Of a DNA stretch of 64,000 bases, positions 34,947 through 42,618 are shown one piece after another. Source of the stretch: an uncultured delta proteobacterium (GTDB lineage Bacteria; Myxococcota_A; Polyangia; Polyangiales; JADJMO01); contig CAIXWQ010001121.1 of assembly GCA_903923175.1 (NCBI GenBank), positions 3,684-67,683 of the forward strand, in the 5' to 3' direction. The stretch's first letter is position 1, and every line of letters starts with the position of its first letter. The notes under the pieces are model-generated. The model was not told the origin of the DNA, did not search any database, and was given only the letters and a program-made list of their open reading frames with translations. Both the position numbers and the translations under genes were made by a program.

Positions 34947-37571
34947 CTAGTTCACGGTGAACGTAGCTTCGGAGATGTAGGTGAACCCGTCATTCAGGTA
35001 GAACCGCACGCGGTAGCTCCCCGCGGGGAGTCCGGTGAAGGCCGTCGACGAGTTCGGGACCGCGTTGGTGTAACGCCAGAACCAGCCCGTCGGGTACGAC
35101 GCGTCGAGCGCGCCGACCGGCGCGATCCCGACCCAGTCGTGGATGTTCGAGGTCGTCGTCCAGTTGACGTTCACCGTCTCACCGACGAGGTACGTCGGCT
35201 TGTCGGTCGAGACGGTGCCGCCGGTGACGGTGAACAGCGCTTCGGCCGTGTAGTTGAACGTGTCGTTCAGGTAGAAGCGGACGCGGTAGCTGCCGGCCGT
35301 GAGCCCACTGAAGCTCTTGCTGCCGTTCGCCACGCCGTTCGTGTACGCCCAGATCCAGCCGGTCGGGTACGTCGAGTCCGCGGTGCCGACTGGGGTGATC
35401 CCCACCCAGTCGTGCGAGTTCGTCGTCGTCGTCCAGCTCACGAGCACCGAGGTGCCCGCGCCGTAGGTCGACTGGTCGGTGTTCACCGACGAGCCGTTGA
35501 CGGTGAACAAAGCCTCCGCGACGTACGTGAACGAGTCGTTCAGGTAGAAGCGAACTCGGTAGTTGCCCGACGGGATGCCCGTGAAGGCGTGGCTGCCGTT
35601 GACCACGGCGTTCGTGTACGACCAGAACCACCCGGTGGGGTACGTCGAGTCGGCGGTGCCGACCGGCGCGATGCCGACCCAGTCGTTGGCGTTGGCCGAC
35701 GTCGTCCAGTTGACGGTCACGGTCGCGCCCGTACCGTACGCGCTCTTGTCGGTCGCGACGGTGTCGTTGCTGACCGCGAACGTCGCCTCGTTCGTGTAGG
35801 TGAACGTGTCGTTCGTGTAGAAGCGGACGCGATAGCTGCCGGCGGGGATGCCGGTGAAGCCCTTGCTGCCATTCGACACGCCGCTCGTGTAGCTCCAGAA
35901 CCAGCCGGTCGGGTAGGTCGAGTCGGCCGCACCGACGGGCGCGATGCCGACCCAGTCCTTGGCCGCCGTCGACGCGCCCCAGCTGACCGTGACGGTCGAG
36001 CCGGTGCCGTAGGTGGCCTTGTCGGTCGCGACGCCGGTCGTTCCGCCAGCGACCGCGGCCGTGACGGTGAACGTCGTCTCCGCGGTGTAGAGGCCCGTGT
36101 CGGCGATGTAGAAGCGCGCCGTGTACGTGCCGACGGCGAGGCCCGAGAAGCTGTGTCCCGTGTTGGGGACGCCGTTGGTGTAGGCCCAGGCCGTGAGGGT
36201 CGACGACCCCTGGGGCAGGATGCCGACCCAGTCGGTCGTGGTGGTCGACGACGTCCAGCTCACGACGGTCGGCTCACCAGCCGAGTACGAGCTCTTGTCG
36301 GTCGCGATCGTGTACGTGACGCCCGTGCCGCCCGGCGTGCCGGTGGCGACGGTGAAGTGCGCCTCGGCGACCGGGTTGAACGAGTCGTTCGTGTAGAGGC
36401 GGACGCGATACGTGCCAGCCTGACCGCCCAGGAAGGCCTTGCTGCCCGACGCGACGCCGTTCGTGTACGCCCACTGGATGGACTTGTTGTCCGCCGAGCC
36501 GACGAGCGCGATCGCGACGTAGTCCTTCGCGCTGGTCGACCCCGTCCAGTTCACGTTGACGGTGTCGAAGTAGTACGTACACGACGAGCCCGAGGGGTTG
36601 CAGGTCGACGAGACGCTGTAGGCCGACTTGTCGGTCGTGACCGTGAACGCGGGGGTCGACGGCGTCGACGTCACCGTGAACGTGGCCTCGCCGCCGTAGG
36701 TGTACGTGTCGTTCTGGTAGAGGCGAACGCGCCAGCTGCCAGCCGTCAGATTGAAGAACTTGGTCGAGCCGGCCGCGGTGCCGCCGGTGTAGACGTAGTC
36801 GGTGATGGTCGAGTCCGTGGCGCCGACCGGGGCGACGGCGACGTAGTCGCGAGCGCTGGACGAGTTGCTCCAGGTGACCGCGACCGCCTCGCCGAGGTTG
36901 TAAGACGACTTGTCGGTCGACACGCCGTTCGACACGACAAAGGTGGTCTCGGCGACCACCGTGAACGTGTCGTTCGTGTAGAAGCGAACGCGCCAGTTTC
37001 CGCCCGCGTTGACGGTGAAGCTCGCGCTGCTGGCGGCGACGCCGTTGGTGTACGCGAACTGCGTCACCGTCGAGTCACTCGAACCGACGGGCGCGATGCC
37101 GACCCAGTCCTTGGCCGCGAGCGAACCGGTCCAGCTCACGACGACCGTACCGCCCGTGTAGCTGGGCTTGTCGGTCGCGACCGTGTAAGCGTTGACCGTG
37201 AACGCCTGCGACGACTCGAGCGTGTTGTCGCCGCGGAAGAAGCGAGCCTCGTAGCTGCCGGCGGGGAGCGCGGCGAACGTGTGCGTCCCCGAAACGCCCG
37301 GCGCGTAGGACCAGGCCGTGAGCGTGGTGTTGGGGGCGCCCGCAGGCGCGATCGCGACGTAGTTGGTGTTCGACGCCGTCTCGTTCGCCCAGTTGACCAC
37401 CACCGATTGGCTCGTCGCGTAGACCGTGAGCGAGGTGCTCACGACCTGGGAAGCCTTCTGGCCGGTCGGGTCGGACGTCTCGGCCGCGCAACCTACACCT
37501 ATGGTGAGCGCGAGTAGTTGCAAGAACAGAAGAATCAGACGCCGCGAGCTCCAAGTCATCATCGCCTCCAT
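34947..37571 (-). CDS. Lipoprotein built from nine tandem ~90-aa beta-sandwich-like repeats (unknown function)
   Basis: Signal and lipobox (LLFLQLLALTIGVGCAAE). Nine repeats have the consensus V-x-TDK-x-x-Y-x-x-G-x-x-V-x-V-x-W-(6)-DWVGIAPVG-x-x-DSTYPTGWFW-x-YTNGV-x-NGS-x-x-F-x-G-x-x-AGSYRVRFY-x-ND-x-F-x-x-x-AEA-x-FTV. Start is set at ATG 37571 (GGAG upstream); ATG 37562 or 37559 are also possible. Confidence 0.85.
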   Translation of the reverse strand: MEAMMTWSSRRLILLFLQLLALTIGVGCAAETSDPTGQKASQVVSTSLTVYATSQSVVVNWANETASNTNYVAIAPAGAPNTTLTAWSYAPGVSGTHTFAALPAGSYEARFFRGDNTLESSQAFTVNAYTVATDKPSYTGGTVVVSWTGSLAAKDWVGIAPVGSSDSTVTQFAYTNGVAASSASFTVNAGGNWRVRFYTNDTFTVVAETTFVVSNGVSTDKSSYNLGEAVAVTWSNSSSARDYVAVAPVGATDSTITDYVYTGGTAAGSTKFFNLTAGSWRVRLYQNDTYTYGGEATFTVTSTPSTPAFTVTTDKSAYSVSSTCNPSGSSCTYYFDTVNVNWTGSTSAKDYVAIALVGSADNKSIQWAYTNGVASGSKAFLGGQAGTYRVRLYTNDSFNPVAEAHFTVATGTPGGTGVTYTIATDKSSYSAGEPTVVSWTSSTTTTDWVGILPQGSSTLTAWAYTNGVPNTGHSFSGLAVGTYTARFYIADTGLYTAETTFTVTAAVAGGTTGVATDKATYGTGSTVTVSWGASTAAKDWVGIAPVGAADSTYPTGWFWSYTSGVSNGSKGFTGIPAGSYRVRFYTNDTFTYTNEATFAVSNDTVATDKSAYGTGATVTVNWTTSANANDWVGIAPVGTADSTYPTGWFWSYTNAVVNGSHAFTGIPSGNYRVRFYLNDSFTYVAEALFTVNGSSVNTDQSTYGAGTSVLVSWTTTTNSHDWVGITPVGTADSTYPTGWIWAYTNGVANGSKSFSGLTAGSYRVRFYLNDTFNYTAEALFTVTGGTVSTDKPTYLVGETVNVNWTTTSNIHDWVGIAPVGALDASYPTGWFWRYTNAVPNSSTAFTGLPAGSYRVRFYLNDGFTYISEATFTVN
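34950..37445 (-). repeat. Nine in-frame tandem coding repeats (~270-285 bp each). The four promoter-distal copies (about 34950-36035) are the most similar.
   Basis: Seen by aligning the translated repeats. The mirror-image periodicity also shows in the spurious antisense ORF 34851-37517. Confidence 0.85.
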
Positions 37572-37979
37572 GCTCGATCGCTCCGCGAGCAGCGGTAGAA
37601 GTGCCGCATAATCCGTCGAATCCTGACGCGCGGAGTCCGGAAAGTCCACACGCCTCGAGGTCAAGTTCTCGTCCGCTCGGGGGGCGGGGAGTCACCCGGA
37701 AGGTACGCTACGAACCGCTTCGCGTGTCGGTTAAGCCGCCGCGACCGGACCTCCGACTTCACGAATTCCTGACCTTCCCGCGGAAGGCCGACGGGAGAAT
37801 CCAGCCGTCCCCGGCGCGTCCGATGCGTGCGGGGGGCTCGACATTCGACGCCACGGCGGCGCCCCCGGGCCTCAAGCACTGTCCCGCGGAGTGAGCGGGA
37901 GCGAAGACCGTTCCAAGCTCGCGCCGCGGAGGCAGGCGACGTCGCACCTGCGCCGCGAAACCGGCGACGCGCGCGCGGC

Positions 37980-39143
37980 TCAGACCGCGCGGTAGATCTC
38001 GGCGAGTCGGAGCCCCTGCGTCCGAGCGTCGAAGTGCGCGCCGATGCGCTCGCGTGCAGCCGAGGCGAGCGATAGCCAGCGCGATGGGGCGTCCATCAGC
38101 CACTCCAGACCGGCGACGAGCCCCTCGGGATCGCGCTCGGCCGCGAGCACGCCCGAGACACGATCCTCGAGAATGTTCGGGATGTCGCAGTGGGTCGTCG
38201 CGACGACCGGCATCCCTGAGGCGGCCATCTCGATGATGCTGACGGGGGCCCCCCCCTCGGTGTCGCCGTCGGCCGCGGTGACGCTCGGCGACAGGAAGAC
38301 GTGGTGGCGCTCGGCCTCCGACATCAGCACGTCGTAGGGCTGGAACCCGAGCATCCGACAGCTCCCTTCGAGGCCGCCCCGCCGCAGCGCCTCCACGATG
38401 CGGGCCTTCTCGACGTCGTCGCCAGGCTTGCCGGCCGCGTCGCCGATGATGGTGATCGCCAGCTCGAGGTTGCGCTTCCTGCGAAGTCTCGCGAGGGCTT
38501 CGATCGCGATGGGGAACCCCTTCTTCTCGCGAAACGTGCCGGCAAGGAGCACCCGGAGTGGCTCGGCGGTGGGGCAGGTGCGCGGCCGGAACTCGATGTG
38601 CTCCAGGTCCACGCCGAGGTGGTGAACGAGCACCTTCCCGGGCGGACAGCCCAGCTCGATCGCGCAACGCCGCATGTGCGGGCCCTCGCAGAGGACCCGG
38701 GCGACCGACGCGAAGAGCTCGCGATACCGGCCGCGCCAGCGAGGATCGCTCGCCGGCAGCTGGCTGATGTCGGCGCCATAGAAGGTGACGACCTGGCGCG
38801 CGCGCGCAGCCGCGGCCGCGCCCATGTCGGCCCAGCCCGCGTGTCCGAAGTGGCTGTGGATGATCCGCGAATCCGTCTGTCGCGCCACGCGCGAAAGGAA
38901 GCCGAGGTGTCGTCGCAGACGCAAGCGCCTCGCGAGTCGATCCGGCACCCGCCTCCACGCTGGCTCGTCGGCGAAGCAGCGGAGATCGGGCGCAGGGAAC
39001 GCGCCGAGGTTCTGGGTCGACTCGCAGGCGACGTGGGACTCGATGTCGTCAGGGAGCCAGCGCACCTGCTGATAGAGCCACGCCTGCGTGCGAGGCAGCC
39101 AGCTCGAGCAGCTGTGTACGACCGAGAGGCGCGGAGTGCTCAT
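37980..39143 (-). CDS. Glycosyltransferase (GT-B, family 4-like)
   Basis: The start ATG 39143 gives MSTPRLSVVHSCSSWLP. The C-terminal region is …FLSPSVTAADGDTEGGAPVSIIEMAASGMPVVATTHCDIPNILEDRVSG (EX7E-type). Confidence 0.88.
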   Translation of the reverse strand: MSTPRLSVVHSCSSWLPRTQAWLYQQVRWLPDDIESHVACESTQNLGAFPAPDLRCFADEPAWRRVPDRLARRLRLRRHLGFLSRVARQTDSRIIHSHFGHAGWADMGAAAAARARQVVTFYGADISQLPASDPRWRGRYRELFASVARVLCEGPHMRRCAIELGCPPGKVLVHHLGVDLEHIEFRPRTCPTAEPLRVLLAGTFREKKGFPIAIEALARLRRKRNLELAITIIGDAAGKPGDDVEKARIVEALRRGGLEGSCRMLGFQPYDVLMSEAERHHVFLSPSVTAADGDTEGGAPVSIIEMAASGMPVVATTHCDIPNILEDRVSGVLAAERDPEGLVAGLEWLMDAPSRWLSLASAARERIGAHFDARTQGLRLAEIYRAV

Positions 39144-39364
39144 GCCGAATGTCGTCCCTGCTACGCGGAAGCCCTGAGCGGGCCAGCTCACGGACCCCGC
39201 AATGCGAACGAGCACCGCGCGGGAGCGCCCGGCGCGCGCACCGATTCCCACGGATTCGTTGCCGCGTCACGGCTGGCATTCGAGCGCGCGCGGCGCCGCG
39301 TCCAGCGGCTCGACGCACTGGCGCCGGGCCGTTTGGTCGTGCTAGGCGGAAGGTCGAGGCATGA

Positions 39365-41260
39365 ATGTGCGGCATCTTCGGTGAGCTACGCCCGGCCGTA
39401 GCCGACGACGCGCGTCGGAGGCTCTGGGCCGAGGGGGCGATCGCGGCGCTGCGGCATCGCGGGCCTGATGGTCACGGCCTCTGGTCCGACGAGCACGCGC
39501 TCCTCGGTCACCTGCGCCTCGCCATCCTGGACCTCTCGGATCGAGCTTCGCAGCCGATGGCGGCGGCGAGCGAGCGGTCGGTGGTCGCCTTCAATGGCGA
39601 GATCTACAACTTCGCCGACGTCCGGAGCACCCTCGCCGAGCCGCGCGGCGGCTGGCGCTCGTCGGGCGACACGGAGGTCCTGACCGAGCTCCTCGATGCG
39701 CGCGGGCTCGACGCCCTCGAAGCGCTGTGGGGCATGTTCGCGTTCGCCTGCTATCGGCCGGAGTCGCGCGAGCTCTGGCTGGCCCGGGATCGACTCGGCA
39801 AGAAGCCGCTCTACTACGCGCGAACGCGCGCAGGGGGACTGCGCTTCGCGAGCGAGCTCTCGGGGCTCCTCTCCGACGACGCGGTGCCGCGACGGACCTC
39901 GCCCGACCGACTCGCCGAGTATCTCCAGCACGGCTACGTCTCGGCGCCGCGCACCGCGCTCGTCGACGTCTCGCAGCTCGAGCCCGGCGAGCTGCTCGTC
40001 GCCCACGTGCGCGACGGGGGGCTCGAGCTGTCGAGGCGTCACTACTGGCGCCTGCCCGAGGCGAGGCCGGTCCACCGCACGCGCGACGAGTGGGACGAGG
40101 ACTTCGGTCACACGCTGCGGGACGCGGTCAAGCGACGCCTGCGGTCGGACGTGCCGCTCGGGGCGTTTCTCAGCGGCGGGATCGACTCTTCGGTCGTCAC
40201 CCGCCTCGCGGCCGAGCAGCTGGGCGAGCCGCTGCGCACGTTCACCGTCGACTTCGAGGTCGCCGCGTTCTCCGAGGCCGCCCACGCCCGCGAGGTCGCC
40301 GCCGCCGTAGGGACGAGCCACGCGGAGCTGACGCTGCGCGAGGGCGACATCGTCGGCATCGACGAGCTCGTAGGCATCTACGGCGACCTGCAGGGAGACT
40401 CCTCGGCCCTGCCGACGCTCGCGCTCTGCGCAGCGGCGCGCCGAGAGGTCACCGTCGCGCTGTCGGGCGACGGCGGCGACGAGCTGCTCGGCGGGTACGC
40501 GCGCTACGGCGCGACGCTCGCCGATCTCCAGCGCATTTCGCGCGTGCCGCGCTTCGCCACCGCCGCGACGCGTGCGCTCGCGAAGCTCGCGCCCGTCTGG
40601 CTGCGCGGCCCGTCACGCCTCGGCCGACTGACCTCGGATCTCGCTCGGTACTACGCGCTGGAGGTCCGCTCCTATTCGCCGCGCGAGTGGCCGCCGGTCC
40701 TCCGCTCCTCGCTGCGGAGCCCGTGGGTCGATTCGATCGCCGAGGCGGTCGCAGGCCAGGCGTCGCGCTCCCCGCTGCAGCGGTTGATGGCGACGGACAC
40801 GTTGACGTACCTCCCGGGAGACGTGCTCGTGAAGGTCGACCGCGCGAGCATGGCGCACGGCCTGGAGGTCCGCTCCCCGCTGCTCGACCACCGCCTCTTC
40901 GAGCTCACCATGGTCGCCGATCCTGCGTGGCTCTCCGACGAGCACGGCACGAAGGCGCCGCTGCGCAGGCTCTACGCCGCCAGGTTGCCGACGCCCGTCT
41001 TCAACCGTCGGAAGATGGGGTTCGGCGTGCCGCTGCGGCACTGGCTGCGCGGCTCGCTCGCCGACCTCGCGAAGGCGCGCCTGCTGCGTCCCGGCTCCCG
41101 GCTCTCGGGGGTCGTCGACGCGACCCAGGTACGCCGCAGCTTGTTCGCCCACGCGCGCGGCCTCCGAGACGAGTCGACGCGAATCTGGCACTTGTTGCTC
41201 CTCGATGCCTGGCTCGACCGCTGGAGCGTCGCGGTCGAGGAGCCGCCGGGCAGCCGATGA
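39365..41260 (+). CDS. Asparagine synthase (glutamine-hydrolysing) family amidotransferase, paralogue 2
   Basis: MCGIFG nucleophile. HRGPDG, RLAILDLSDRASQPM. PP-loop SGGIDSS. Its stop overlaps the next start (ATGA at 41257-41260). Confidence 0.92.
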   Translation: MCGIFGELRPAVADDARRRLWAEGAIAALRHRGPDGHGLWSDEHALLGHLRLAILDLSDRASQPMAAASERSVVAFNGEIYNFADVRSTLAEPRGGWRSSGDTEVLTELLDARGLDALEALWGMFAFACYRPESRELWLARDRLGKKPLYYARTRAGGLRFASELSGLLSDDAVPRRTSPDRLAEYLQHGYVSAPRTALVDVSQLEPGELLVAHVRDGGLELSRRHYWRLPEARPVHRTRDEWDEDFGHTLRDAVKRRLRSDVPLGAFLSGGIDSSVVTRLAAEQLGEPLRTFTVDFEVAAFSEAAHAREVAAAVGTSHAELTLREGDIVGIDELVGIYGDLQGDSSALPTLALCAAARREVTVALSGDGGDELLGGYARYGATLADLQRISRVPRFATAATRALAKLAPVWLRGPSRLGRLTSDLARYYALEVRSYSPREWPPVLRSSLRSPWVDSIAEAVAGQASRSPLQRLMATDTLTYLPGDVLVKVDRASMAHGLEVRSPLLDHRLFELTMVADPAWLSDEHGTKAPLRRLYAARLPTPVFNRRKMGFGVPLRHWLRGSLADLAKARLLRPGSRLSGVVDATQVRRSLFAHARGLRDESTRIWHLLLLDAWLDRWSVAVEEPPGSR

Positions 41261-42465
41261 AGACGCTGCTCATGCTCGCGGACGCGTACTACCCGTTGAC
41301 GCTCGCGGGGGCGCATCGCCCCGCGAAGCTCGCGAAGTACCTCTCGGAGTACGGGGTTTGGCCGATCGTCCTCTGCCCCGACTGGACCCCCGCGAACTCT
41401 GGCGGGTTCCACGACCCCGCGCTCGGCAGCGAGGCGGACGTCTGCGAGACCATCCGCGTGCCGACGGCGGGATTCCCGCGCAGCGTGGCGGGGCGCGCGT
41501 GCCGTCGCCTGGAGGAGACCTGGTGGCCGTATCACGCCCCGGTGGCGTCCGCGGCCACGATGCTCGAGCGCGCGTCGCGCCTCGCGAGGGAGCGACGGAT
41601 CGACGCGATCTGGTCGACGTTCGCGCCGGCCTATCCCCACGTCGTCGCGGCCGCGTTGGTCGAGCAGCTCGGGGTCCCGTGGATCGCGGATTTTCGCGAT
41701 CTGCCGGATCAGACCTACCGCGACGAGCGCACGACCCGGATCGTCGAGCTCGAGCTACGGACCTGCGCGAAGGCGCGCGCGCTCGTCGTACCCAGCGACC
41801 AGCTCGCCGCGCGGCTCGCGAGCCGACATCGCGCTCCGGTCCACGTCATCCCGAACGGCTTCGACGAGGACGATTATCCGGTCAGCGCGCTCGCCCCGAC
41901 CGACCGCTTCACGCTCCGCTACTTCGGGATCCTCTACGAGTTCCGTGACCCCCGGCCGCTGTTCGCTGCGATCGACCAGCTCGTCGCGAGCGGCGCGATC
42001 GAGCGCGATCGCCTCGCCATCGAGTTCTACGGCACCGATCCCGCGTCGGTCGATCGCCTCCGTGCCGGCTTCGAGTGTCGCGATCAGGTGAGCGCCAAGC
42101 CGCGCGTGGGGCGCGCCGAGATGTTCGAGCTCCAGCGCTCGGCGACCGTGCTGCTCAACATGCAGTCGGCCGAGGCGGGCGGCGCGGTGCCCAGCAAGTT
42201 GACCGAGTACCTCGGCGCGCGTCGCCCCATCTTGAACGTCCCCGGCGATGGCGGGGCCATCGATGCGCTCGTCGCGTCGACGCGGGCAGGGGTCACGGTC
42301 TCCGACGCGCCGAGCATCGCCTCCGCGCTCCGGCCTTGGCTCGCCGAGTGGAAGGCCACGCGAGCGGTGCGCTGGTGCGGCGACGACGCGGAGCGAGCGC
42401 GTTACGCGCGTCGTCGACAGAGTCGAGTGCTCGCCGACGTCGTGGCGTCGGTGATTGCCGGATAG
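41257..42465 (+). CDS. Glycosyltransferase (GT-B fold, divergent)
   Basis: MKTLLMLADAYYPLTLAGAHRPAKLAKYL… is an N-terminal GT-B pattern. The C-terminal nucleotide-sugar region is …VLLNMQSAEAGGAVPSKLTEYLGARRPIL. Translationally coupled to AsnB paralogue 2. Confidence 0.78.
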   Translation: MKTLLMLADAYYPLTLAGAHRPAKLAKYLSEYGVWPIVLCPDWTPANSGGFHDPALGSEADVCETIRVPTAGFPRSVAGRACRRLEETWWPYHAPVASAATMLERASRLARERRIDAIWSTFAPAYPHVVAAALVEQLGVPWIADFRDLPDQTYRDERTTRIVELELRTCAKARALVVPSDQLAARLASRHRAPVHVIPNGFDEDDYPVSALAPTDRFTLRYFGILYEFRDPRPLFAAIDQLVASGAIERDRLAIEFYGTDPASVDRLRAGFECRDQVSAKPRVGRAEMFELQRSATVLLNMQSAEAGGAVPSKLTEYLGARRPILNVPGDGGAIDALVASTRAGVTVSDAPSIASALRPWLAEWKATRAVRWCGDDAERARYARRRQSRVLADVVASVIAG

Positions 42466-42618
42466 CTCGACGCGCGGCGGACGCGCCGCACGCGCGCTCG
42501 GCTTGGCCCGGCGACCCGCACGGCTTGCACGAAAGGGTCGGCCGCTACCGCCATCTCAGCGCAAGGCGGGCCCGCCGAGCTGTTGATGATCCTCATCCGG
42601 AGGCGCAAGCTTCGAAGC

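Noticed and set aside
34851-37517. 888-aa plus-strand ORF with its own internal periodicity
   Set aside because: It is the mirror frame of the nine-repeat lipoprotein gene. Its repeats only reflect the coding repeats on the other strand. The composition is R/G/D/V-rich and there is no signal peptide or recognisable motif.
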